Shown here one piece after another: positions 22,860 to 33,860 of a stretch of 64,000 nucleotides of DNA. A program made the position numbers and the translations under genes. The notes beneath the pieces are model-generated. The model was not told the DNA's origin. It searched no databases and was given only the letters and a program-made list of their open reading frames with translations. Origin of the DNA: Psammoneis japonica (taxonomy: Eukaryota). The DNA lies in the NCBI GenBank assembly GCA_008632985.1, contig QPGO01000153.1, positions 1 through 64,000 of the forward strand, read 5' to 3'. How positions within the stretch are numbered: position 1 is the first letter of the stretch; every line of letters starts with the position of its first letter.

Positions 22860-24425
22860 CGTTGCCGCTTAGGCGTTCATTGTCTCTTGAAAATCTGCGG
22901 TTGAGTGTTTGGGCTCTTGATTTTGCGGATACAACAGATGTATTTTCTCGCTAAACGTGTTCGATCACACCACTTCGAGGAACAATAACCTAGCAGACAA
23001 TACCTGTTGTATTATACTGTATGTTACACTACAATACCAGCGACCATTGACCATGTTGGTCCTCTAAGACGTTTGGGGGGTGGGGAATACGCCGGCATTC
23101 TCAACCGGAGCGCACTTGGGTGCCACATACGGCTGCGTTGTAATCTTTTTGGAAATCTCGTTAGCGTCCGAGACGGTCAATTCGTTCTTCATAAACCCAG
23201 CACCCGATTCCGACAAACGTCCTTTCCAGCCACAAGCCTGATACAGAGCTTCCATGTCCTCGATTGCTGCCATTACATCTTTTGTGGATGGGACACCACC
23301 CATGACGGTGTTGTAGAGTACAATCGTTACCGTGCAATGTTGACTGGGGTCGCGTTTGGGTTTCGAGTTAATGACACCCTTGACTTCTCCCAGAGCTTCC
23401 GAACCACGGCTGACTCTGGCTGCATTTGCAGTACCTTGGAAGTCTTCATCAGCGTCATCAACTTCTTCTTCATCTTCCTCATCAATATAAGCGCATCCAA
23501 GCTCTTCATCAAGCCCCCCGCAGCGCATAGGTTGCAGCAGTAGTCCGTCAATGGCAAAAGCGCCAGGGTCTAAGCCGAATATTTCATGAATTGGCTTCGG
23601 TTTGGCTGTCTGCTGTAGTGGAATTTGAATCGTCATTAAAGCATTGAAACGTGTACCCATGGTCTCGATTCCAATCACTGACGCGGTGGCTTTTCCCCGC
23701 GAAGCTGCCTCTGCGGCTTCTTGTTTGGTTTCGACCTGTGCCCCACCAACCTTGTGCTCGCTCCGCTCCGCCTCAAGCCAGTGCAGATGCATCTCACTGC
23801 TGGCATCGACCGCGTGGTGGAAAAGCCTTTTGGAACCAGCACCGTCCTGCTGATAGGCGATTCCCTGAGTCGTGCATAGCACGACTGCGTTGCGAGGATC
23901 GTCATCTGATCTCGTATTGTAGTTGTATGCTTCGGTGCAAAACTCCACCGCCTCCGATTCGTCTACCGGAAGAAACGTAGTTTGAAAACGAATGGATACC
24001 TCCTTGTCAAGCTTTTCATCCCACAAGGTTGTGTCGCTATTGACACCATTGTAAGAAGCGTACATTCCCACGTTTTTGAGAAAATCTTGGAGCGTGATTG
24101 GCTTCAATGCCACAGGTTCCTTTCCCGGTGGGGGTTCATGGTTGCCAACAACTACGGCAATGTCTTGAGCTCTCACTTTACCAAGTTTCTCGTTCCAATT
24201 ATCCGAACGAACTGTGTAGAGCAAGGTGCCGGACTTTTCATAGAGACGAGTGTCGGTAATGTTTCCTCCCCAACAGCTGAGACTTCCACCGACTGTTCCA
24301 CGTTGAACGTCGTCCCAAGAGACGCTCTTGCAAGAATATCCCGTGCCCCAGCAGGCTTGGTCAATGGCTTGGCGAGTCTCTTGTATGGAGGCAGCGGCGG
24401 CATTAATACGATTGCGCATGATGAT
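22860..24425. repeat. Local segmental duplication, copy A (copy B at ~28553-30038)
   Basis: Near-identical coding sequence plus shared 3' flank (gcttaggcgttcattgtctcttg...aaacgtgttcgatcac). Confidence 0.85.
23064..24419 (-). CDS. Uncharacterised conserved-looking protein, 451 aa, intronless (copy A)
   Basis: Long clean ORF. Motifs VSWDDVQRG...SCWGGNITD, VRSDNWNEKLG, AYNYNT, KRDPSQHCTVT are conserved in the paralog. Confidence 0.8.
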   Translation of the reverse strand: MRNRINAAAASIQETRQAIDQACWGTGYSCKSVSWDDVQRGTVGGSLSCWGGNITDTRLYEKSGTLLYTVRSDNWNEKLGKVRAQDIAVVVGNHEPPPGKEPVALKPITLQDFLKNVGMYASYNGVNSDTTLWDEKLDKEVSIRFQTTFLPVDESEAVEFCTEAYNYNTRSDDDPRNAVVLCTTQGIAYQQDGAGSKRLFHHAVDASSEMHLHWLEAERSEHKVGGAQVETKQEAAEAASRGKATASVIGIETMGTRFNALMTIQIPLQQTAKPKPIHEIFGLDPGAFAIDGLLLQPMRCGGLDEELGCAYIDEEDEEEVDDADEDFQGTANAARVSRGSEALGEVKGVINSKPKRDPSQHCTVTIVLYNTVMGGVPSTKDVMAAIEDMEALYQACGWKGRLSESGAGFMKNELTVSDANEISKKITTQPYVAPKCAPVENAGVFPTPQTS

Positions 24426-24719
24426 TCTAGATTTTCAATTTAGATTTTTCGTTGTCGTTTTTTTTTTTTTTTGTGAGTGAGAGGAAGAATCGAGTCGCGG
24501 GTCGGGTCGCGGAACACCAACATCAAAAATTGAGGAGTCGTGGCTCGACTCGAGTTCGCGCGAAGAGTCACGAGTCTGATTCACGCATTGCGATGACTGG
24601 TGACTCCTCGACTGCTCCTCTGTGCGATGCATCATCGATTTGTCACATCTTCGCCCGGAAGAAACGTACGTTGATGGTCGTCTTCTGCTGGTGGCGGCAA
24701 TCGGAGTGACGTTGTGATG

Positions 24720-27480
24720 ACCGATGATCTAATCTGTCACATGTGATCCAGTGAGAAAGCAATCCAGCTGCTCATCAGAACAACTTCCACACCTTTTCTT
24801 CAGAGCATCTTGTTGTGTCCCTTGCCTGCAAAGTGCAACCTGAGGAGAGGCCCCTGCAGCTGCACTTGGCATCAATCATTGCATGTGATCCCAACAAACA
24901 TGTTTGCATCAACTCACAGCACAGCTGTCACGACACCCCACTCACCAGCCACATCTTCTGCAGACGACACGCTGCTGTGCTGTGACACATGAGAGTTTTT
25001 TGCAGTCATGCTCCGCATGCAATGCAGGAGTGTTTCTACGCACAATTTTTGTTGACATGTTTCCCACTTTGTGAAGTCAAAGGCTTTTTATTTCATGCAT
25101 TTGTGAGAACAAAAACAGGCCAGGTGCGCTCTCTCAAATGCTGTCTGAAGATGAGAGTGTGCACACAGGCAAACCAGAAACAATGCACTTCTGGAGGAGT
25201 TTTTGAGCACTCACAAAATTGCCTGCTTTTCTGTTGGGGATCACTCACATGATGCTTGCTGCCTGACAATTTTGCTTTGAGGCTCTCGCGTGCAGAATTC
25301 TGTTGGCCCAGCATCACATGCAGCCCCGCCCTGGGTGGGAGTGCACTCTCCACTTCCAATGTGCCTGTTTGCAGTGGGAAGCAGCTCTCCCACCACATTT
25401 GCATTGGTGGCTCTTCTTCAAGGGTGGCCAGTTGCTGCTTTTTCAGCTCAAATTTGGCCAAATGGCGTGTTGTGTTTTGTGTGAATTTTCCTGAATTTCA
25501 CTGTGCTTCGCCACGGTGAAAACAGCAAGCCACACCAGCAAGTCTGTGATGGAGGTGGCCCATCTTTCAACTCTCATTTGTTTCATGTTCCTCATGTGTC
25601 AAAGATCTTGTGTGTGGTGCATGAAAAGTTTGAAGATGACAAGCTGTTCTTTTTTTAGAAATGTTGATGATTGCGGTCACTGCAGTGCTTTGATCATGGA
25701 GCATGGCTGATGTGTTCTCATTTTTGTGTGTGATCACAAATGCTGGGATGACCCCCCCTCAAACAACCAGTGAAAACAGACCAACACCTCCTGCACCTGC
25801 CGCTGCTGTGCATCTCATCATTGCCATGTGAGCAAGGCCATCAACTTCATTTGAGCAATCCCCCTCGTGTCAACCAACTTGCACGTTGTTGGCAACTTCA
25901 AAGCGCAGCAGCAATGGTGCATTCTCTCCTGTCGTCCACTCCCCTGCTCCTCCACCACCACCCAGCTTCTCCATCTCCACCCACTGCTGCTCTGCTTGAG
26001 TCTGTGCTGATGAAAATGACATCCACTCAGCCTGTTCCACTCTCCTCCACATTGCCGCCATCATGCCCAAGTGGCTCTTTGCTGTCCTCAAAGAACTCTT
26101 CTCACCTCACCTCACCCCCACCTCCTCTTCCAACAATGAACATGTCTCCCTCCCCACTGATGCTCTCCTCTCCACCCTTTCCAAGTGCAAGCCTGCTGCC
26201 ACTGCTGGTGTCTTCGTGGACTCCACCAACCTTTGCACAATCCTGCATCCTCTGCTCCACCAAAGCTCCCACCAGCAACTCCCTGAGTGCCTCTGCCAGC
26301 CCTTCTTTTCAGGCCCTTGTGCTTCTTCTTCTTTTTCTTCTTCTTCTCAATGGCTTTGTTCCCCTGCCCTTTGACTCACCCCCTCTCCTTGCCTCCAATT
26401 GCTTTGCTTTGCCCTGCACAAGGACCCCTCCGATCTCAACAAGCTCCACCCCCACCCTGTTGACATCAGTGCAGCACTTTTCCACATCACTGGCTCTGTC
26501 ATTGCAGCTCTTTTTGTCTCTGAGTTCACCAAATGCCTTCTCCCTGATTGTCAGCTCGGCATTGGCATCAACAACAGTCTTGGCCCCTCACCCACTGGGC
26601 TCTCATGCCAACGTTGTGCTTGCTGCCTTTCTTCTGCAACTCCTGCCAAAGCTCTTCATCAACATGTTCAACAAAGTCTTCTCCTGCAATGCTTGCCACC
26701 AACTCCTTGCCCATGCCAAGGCCTTCTGTCTGCTCCTCGCGTTCTTTGACCTGGTGCATCAGAGCTGCAGTGCATGCTGGCATCACCACCTCGAGTCAAC
26801 TTGGGGTTCTTTCCTGCGGCATTGACCTTTGCCCAAGGCTGTCCCTTTTTGGCCCTGTCTTTGCCTGCCTCATTCTTTCAAGTCAGGATGTTTCCCAAAT
26901 GGCACTTTCTTTTGCTGCTCTTGTTTGGCGCCCTCCTGCTGCCACACGGTCGGAAAAAGCGAGTCTTTCCACTTGGCAGTGGCTGTGACACAAGACAGAC
27001 TTTTTTAGATCTGCTGGAGCTCTTGTGAGCAGCCAAGCCAAGCAGTTGTTGCATTGCTCAGGTGAAGCTGAGAGCAGCCAAGCAAGAGCAGCTCTGCAGC
27101 ATGAGCCTGTCATGCGAGAGCCACAAAACAGGGTGGAGTCGAGGGAGCAGGCAGCAGGGGGGGGGGGGGGGGCAAACTCAAGACAACACCACACACCCTT
27201 TGGAAAACTTCCAAGAAGAGGAAATGGCAAGGAAGGCACAAGGCTACACTGGAATGCCCCAATGCAACTTTGCACTCATCAGATGGCATCTCACCACATG
27301 TCCTTGCAGGATTCATTCAAAAATGATTCAACAACAACTGACAACGTGCCATTCTGCGCCCCCGCGCTTCAGTCATTACCGCACGGAAATTCCAAATTCC
27401 AGAGTTGTCAACATCCCAACATCTGATTTGGAGATTGTCATTTGATTCGGCCACATTCTTGTATAATGCACACAGCATGC
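24720..27480. mobile_element. Decayed repeat domain 2 (TpA- and CpG-depleted)
   Basis: Same compositional signature as domain 1; six-frame ORFs here almost lack Tyr; poly-G run near 27160. The element family cannot be identified by eye. Confidence 0.6.
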
Positions 27481-27529
27481 ATCATGCTGTTGATGTTGTT
27501 GCAGGTTCTCGAGGCACATTGAAGGCAAG

Positions 27530-27955
27530 ATGGTATTCTCGGTGCGATTCATGTTTCAAGTAAACGCCACAGCGGTGCTGGCCAACGGCTTGGTGTATCT
27601 TCTGGCTCCCCAGCTGCTTGCGCATGTCTTTCCCTCCTTTGTGGAAGCCCCCCAGCTGCTCGGTGACACGTTTTGCGGTGCCATTCAAGTTGCCTTTGGA
27701 ATATGTGGATGGCTGGGTCTAATGAGTGGAGAGTATGCCAAGTACAAATCGGTCCTATTGATGCAGTGCATTTACAAGGTGATCTTTCTTTTTTCCGTGG
27801 CCTTTCATTATACCTTCGTCCCAGATAAGTTTGCTGACGAGCCTACGCCCTTTGAGTGGTTCGTTTTAGGCATCTTTATCTTTGTGGCCATTGGAAATGG
27901 TGTGGCTCTCTGGAATGATAAAGCAGTGGCTGGAAAAATGAAAAAGCTAGTCTAG
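27530..27955 (+). CDS. Small multi-pass membrane protein (141 aa, about 4 TM helices)
   Basis: ATG to TAG open frame with four hydrophobic segments and normal Tyr content. Confidence 0.55.
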   Translation: MVFSVRFMFQVNATAVLANGLVYLLAPQLLAHVFPSFVEAPQLLGDTFCGAIQVAFGICGWLGLMSGEYAKYKSVLLMQCIYKVIFLFSVAFHYTFVPDKFADEPTPFEWFVLGIFIFVAIGNGVALWNDKAVAGKMKKLV

Positions 27956-28723
27956 CTACAGTATGTATCTTGGGGAGGTCGAAGAAGAATCGAATCGTTG
28001 GTGACCATATCATATCATCGTGCTCGAACCAGACGGTAAGGAATTGTATAGCCAGCCCACAATTCTGAATTCTTCTTTTTCTTCTTCTTCTTGAACCATA
28101 TCTGCGTTGCTTGCATGAATATCAAAGACGACGTACGATAATATAATAGATGAAACAATAGTCGACCCCATTTTTTCCGTTTTAGGCGCTCCCTGAATTT
28201 AACAAATTCCAAAGTTTGTCCTGCCCAAGAGACGACAACAAGACCCCGCCGTTTCGCCAATGAAATGGACCCGTGGCGAAAACAACCCTCCTTTCCTCCT
28301 CTTGCTGAACTAAACGCCATTGTAGTGCTCCATTGGTTGGCATGAAAAAGTGGGACGTCGTCCAAGTGCTTGTGACTGGGCTCAGTCCCAAGTCTGAATC
28401 CGACAATAGACGACTAGCTTGTCTGACGTCGCATAGTAATCTTTTGATTCCATTTGAAAACAAGGCCATTCTCGTGCTGAGTCCGGATACCGAAGCTTTG
28501 TTGCACAACTCTGTTGGGGCTATTCTAAAAAGGTCTCCATCAAAACCTGGTTGCTGCTTAGGCGTTCATTGTCTCTTGGAAATCTGTTTGTTTATAATTC
28601 TTTTCTTGCCAAACGTGTTCGATCACCCCACTTCGAGTAACAATAAACAGCAGACAATATACCTGTTGCATTACACTGTATGGGTACACCACGATACCGG
28701 TGACCATTGGCCGTTTTGGTCCT

Positions 28724-30032
28724 CTAAGACGTTTGGGAGGTGGGGAATACGCCGGCATTCTCAACCGGAGAGCACTTGGGTGCCACGTATGGCTGCGTCG
28801 TAATCTTTTTGGAAATCTCGTTAGTGCCCGAGACGGTCAATTCGTTCTTCATAAACCCAGCTCCCGATTCCGACAAACGTCCTTTCCAGCCACAAGCCTG
28901 ATAGAGAGCTTCCATGTCCTCGATTGCCGCCATTACATCTTTTGTGGATGGGACACCACCCATGACGGTGTTGTAGAGTACAATCGTTACAGTGCAATGT
29001 TGACTGGGGTCGCGTTTGGGATTCGAGTTAATGACACCCTTGACTCTTCTCCCAGAGCTTCCGAACCACGGCTGACTCTGGCTGCATTTGCAGTACCATA
29101 CCTTGGAAACATTCAGCACAATCGTCTTCTTCTTCGTCTTCTTCATCAAAGTAAGCTTCTTCTTCTCCAGAAGAATGGCATATGAAGCCTCCGGCGTAGT
29201 ACGCTTGACGATACATTATTGGCGTCGGTTTGGGTTTCTGCTGCAACGGAATTTGAATTGTCATTAAAGCATTGAAACGTGTACCCATGGCCTCGATTCC
29301 AATCACTGACGCGGTGGCTTTTCCCCGCGAGGCAGCCTCTGCGGCTTCTTGTTTGGTTTCGACCTGTGCCCCACCAACCTTGTGCTCGCTCCGCTCCGCC
29401 TCGAGCCAGTACAGATGCACCTCGCCGTTGGCATCGACCGCGTGGTGGAAAAGCCTTTTGGAACCAGCTCCGTCCTGCTGATAGGCGATTCCCTGAGTCA
29501 CGACTGCGTTGCGAGGATCGTCATCTGATCTCGTATTGTAGTTGTATGCTTCGGTGCAAAACTCCACCGCCTCCGATTCGTCTACCGGAAGAAACGTAGT
29601 TTGAAAACGAATGGAGACCTCCTTGTCGAGCTCTTCATCCCACAAGGTTGTCTCGCTATTGACACCATTGTAAGACGCGTACATTCCCACGTTTTTGAGA
29701 AAATCTTGGAGCGTGATTGGCTTCAATGCCACAGGTTCCTTTCCCTGTGCAGGTTCATGGTTGCCAACAACTACGGCAATGTCTTGAGCTCTCACTTTGC
29801 CAAGTTTCTCGTTCCAATTATCCGAACGAACTGTGTAGAGCAAGGCGCCGGACTTTTCATAGAGACGAGTATCGGTTATGTTTCCTCCCCAACAGCTTAG
29901 ACTTCCACCGACTGTTCCACGTTGAACGTCGTCCCAAGAGACGCTTTTGCAAGAATAGCCAGTGCCCCGACAGGCCTGGTCAATGGCTTGGCGAGTCTCT
30001 TGTATGGAGGCAGCAGCGGGTTGATTGCGCAT
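28724..30032 (-). pseudogene. Paralog (copy B) of 23064-24419, frameshifted
   Basis: Relative to copy A: 9-nt deletion (LCT), a 5-nt insertion at ~29098 and a 2-nt insertion at ~29045 that break the frame. Could be partly assembly error. Confidence 0.7.
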
Positions 30033-30674
30033 GATGATTGTTTATTGTGAGATAAGACAGCCGCCATAGTTGTGTTCTTTGTTCAGACGGTATACACGGA
30101 ACATACATCAAAACTCGAAAATCGTGGAATTGAGTCGTGGCTTGCATCTCTCTCGGGCACCCGAAGCCTGCGGGGAGTATGAAAGATGTGGTCGCGTCCC
30201 ACGACCAACATTAATACTCTCTCGTGATGATGCGGTCGCTAAAACTGAAAAATATAAAAATAATCAGTGTGTGTATAGAATTCAATGATCATGTGTCACG
30301 ACTCAGATTTTTCACCCCACTCAACTCCATGCAAGGAAAAAGGAAACAAAAGACCACCAGTCTCCAGTCTTTATGGTGCAATCCGTCACACCTGTAATCC
30401 TCCTTTGTTCCCGCAAAAGCGGATACAAGGGATGTATCACTTGCCCAGATATACTGACGACCATACAAAAATACCTTGCCTTTCACTTGCAAATTCTTCG
30501 CGACTCGCTCAACGCCATCGCGGTGCGCGCTTCAGGGCGGTTTTAGCGATTGGCACGAGTCAAGATTGATATCTTGCCGAAATCGCGGATGCGTTTTGAT
30601 CACGCATGGATGTTGCTTTCCCCGGATGGCAGTCATCACATCACAACCTATGAACGACGACGTTTGTAATAATC

Positions 30675-31241
30675 ATGTCTAGTCCTCGATCAGTCGCCGA
30701 CCTACACAACGCAATCCGAAATAAGCCAATGCTGAATGAAAGTCGTGTCCTACAATATGCCGAGGAGCTTCGCCGACTCAAACAAGAAAACATGCAACTT
30801 CGCCGAGACTTGGAAGATGCCAACAATCGAATTCGACAGCTCGAGAGGACACAAAAAAGCGTCGCCCTTGCTGATTCAGAAGACGATTTCAGTGTCGAAG
30901 TATCCGTGACGTCGTCCGTTACAACCGTTCCAACTGGAACCAAGACCGTTCGAGAGAAAGAAACTCGTTACCAGCCACAAGTCAAACAGGAGCAATCCTT
31001 GTACGACAAAATCAGGCAGCGAAGCGCCAAATACAATCGACTTACGCGCAACAGCCTTCTCAAGCCGAAACGGGTGCCTCCTCCTCCACCTCAAAGTATC
31101 AGCGAAAGCGAAAGCGACTCTTCCATTTACTCCATTGCAGAAGAGGAGTCCACGTCCTCCATTAGCACCCATGCCAGTGATGTCATGCTAACAAGCATAA
31201 AATTCATCAACGAAAGCCTCAAGTATCGTCCTACACCATGA
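30675..31241 (+). CDS. Hypothetical protein with an N-terminal coiled coil
   Basis: 188-aa ORF; EELRRLKQENMQLRRDLEDANNRIRQLE heptad pattern; Ser-rich tail. Confidence 0.5.
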   Translation: MSSPRSVADLHNAIRNKPMLNESRVLQYAEELRRLKQENMQLRRDLEDANNRIRQLERTQKSVALADSEDDFSVEVSVTSSVTTVPTGTKTVREKETRYQPQVKQEQSLYDKIRQRSAKYNRLTRNSLLKPKRVPPPPPQSISESESDSSIYSIAEEESTSSISTHASDVMLTSIKFINESLKYRPTP

Positions 31242-31648
31242 GTTATTTTCAAAGGCTGATTCTGAAGATTCAGAGGAGAGGAGGTGCGAGATTTGAAGTA
31301 GCATTGTATCGCAATGATTTCCATAGGAGAATGCTTGCAATGCTTTTGTTTCATAGTTCATTACATTAGATCTAACGGTTTCGGATTAGTCAAACTTACA
31401 TTTTCATTGCCATCCTAAGCACTCCACGCTTATCGCTTCCGAAGTAGTCCACTCTCCTGTGAAACAAAGCGACTATCACTAACATTCCTAGTTCAGCCCC
31501 CAAAGCGAGCATCGAAGTCTGTTTTAGCTTACAAAGACGAGATATTGATAACTATAAAAGAGTATTTCCTAGTCATTTAAACTAGGACCAAAACTGTTCG
31601 AGGTAGATTTTTTCTGACTCCATTCCATTCTTTGCGCAGCGTAAAACT

Positions 31649-33351
31649 CTAGACGTTTCTCATCACTACATCCACGTCATCATCTGTCTCTTCCATTGCA
31701 TCTTCGCTCATAGCAGTCATGCGCTCACCTGTATTACCGCTGATCGAACTGCCGTTTTGGTGCCGACGTCTACTGTCAGCTCTCCGTCTAGCAAAGGATT
31801 CCACATACTCTGACTTGACCGAATCGTCACCGCTAATGTTGGTGCCGCCGTGATAACTAATATCCAATCCAATCAACTCTTCAAGTGAATCCGAGCGGAA
31901 CCAACCCTTGTAGTTTAACCATATAAAGAATGGAAACATAATTGTCACCACCCACCCCAAAATGAAGAGTGCTCCACAACACTGACATGCCAAGAGCGTA
32001 GCGTCCGAGCTTCCTCGACCCAACGAATAAAACCATCCCACATGCTTATCGGTTAGAAAGGCTGCTTGCATGCGAGAGGGTGAGGCAAACAGCCCAACCG
32101 CAATCACACCCCACAACCCATTGAAAAGATGGACCGGAATGGCGTCGACCGCGTCGTCGAGACGTTTCTTGATGAGCAAATGGCTCGACAAGAGATACAA
32201 GAGCCCGGCCAAGGCTCCAATCACCACGGCGGCCCAGGGTTCCACGACACCACAACCACCCGTGACGGCCACCAAACCACTCAGTGCACCATTCATGGCC
32301 TTTAACAAATCAAAGTGGAATTCACCGTACATGCGTTCCTTGATGATGAGATTGACAAAGAGTGCCGTGACACAGCCCGAAGCAGCGGATAACGTTGTGG
32401 CGACTGCAGCCACGGCTGCAACCTCTCCTTGATTGACCGTGGGACTCAATGTGAGTGCCGAACCAGGATTGAAACCGTACCAACCAAACCACAGGATGAA
32501 GGTACCAAGCATCTAAAGACAAGAGGAAGGAGCAAAACCTCGTGAGTTCACTAAATCGACTCAGCAAACAGGAGGATGCTTGCAAAGAGGAATCATATAC
32601 TAACCTGTAGTGCAGCAGAATGCCCAGGCATGGGCTTGGGTTTTGCAAGCGGGTTTCCACGAGCGTCGTAGAATCGCCCTTTACGTGGTCCCAACACGAT
32701 TGTTGCAAAGATCGCGGTAAAACCACCCGTCACGTGAACTACACCCGAGCCGGCAAAGTCAATCATGCCACTGTTCAAAAAGGGATCAACATTGGATGCA
32801 CTCAGAAATCCGTTGCGGCTCCAAATCGAGTGAGCTACAACCGGATAGACAAATCCAGTCATGAGCATGGAGTAGCACAGATATGCGACCATTTGACATC
32901 GTTCCGCCAGCGTACCGGCAACGATTGTCGCAGACGTGGCTGCAAAGGCAAACTGAAACAGCCAGAATGCCAAGTCATCGATTCCGTACATGAAAAAATT
33001 CTCGTGACCGATAAACGTCGTCTTTGTGGAATTCTCTTGTCCCCCAAACGCAAAGGCATACCCCACCGTGAAGAATCCCAACGCCGCGCCACAGGCATCG
33101 AGCAAGTTTTTCATCATGGAATTTTGAACATTTTTCAATCGGACGCTACCCGCACAAAGCATAGCAAAGCCAGCCTGCATGAAGAATACCAGTGCTGCGG
33201 CAAGAATAAAGAACCATTGAGTGTTGTTGTACGTTTCGGTTTCTGCTGCGTCTTGCAGGGATATCGAAACACATTCCAACACGGCTTCACTACTCCCCTG
33301 AGAACCAACGTCGGATTTGCAACTTTCATAGAAACTACTGCCGCCACTCAT
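31649..33351 (-). CDS. AMT1: Ammonium transporter, AMT1 family; two exons
   Basis: FFMQAGFAML, FQFAFAAT...GTLAER, DFAGSGVVH, LWFGWYGFNPGS, DDAVDAIPVH. GT-AG intron at 32513-32604. Confidence 0.95.
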
Positions 33352-33860
33352 TGTTCTTGGCTATTGTGTGTATGGTATCTTTTGATGCATACCGCTCAAC
33401 GTAAGCTTTGCTGCTGGTTGCTGCTACTATTGTTGTTGTTCTTTTCTTCCGTGAAATGAGTGAGAGGTTTTGTCGCACTGGGTTCGGGTGAGTGACATGG
33501 TGCAATGTCATGCAGGGGGGCAATCTTTTCGATGGGTTCCGGTTTCGCGCAAAGTTGCGACGTACCTTTTTCATTGAGTTCAATTTGCAATGAGAGGGGG
33601 GATAGAGGGGGGATTCTCTTTTTGTGGTCATCCAACAAAGCCCGGACAAAACCGACCAGCAAGGACAAACCTGACGCTTCTTGATCGCATCGATCATTGA
33701 CCTCGTATTTATACCGGTACCCATGCTGGTCCGGCAAAGTCTGGTAGATTGTGATTATTACTTTAAAAAACAGCTACCAGCGTGTAATTTTAAAACAACT
33801 AAAACTTAAAATGAAATGTATTTGTGAGCACCACGCATTATTTCTTGTCCCTACTCTCTA

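Noticed and set aside
25770..26825. 351-aa plus-strand ORF and the many Cys/His-rich ORFs in the depleted domains
   Set aside because: They have little or no Tyr and no recognisable domains. Loss of TpA removes TAA/TAG stops and creates spurious open frames.
26400..26990. Minus-strand remnant resembling an En/Spm-type transposase (TRGG...RAQWVR)
   Set aside because: Too degenerate to assign a family by eye; kept only as part of decayed domain 2.
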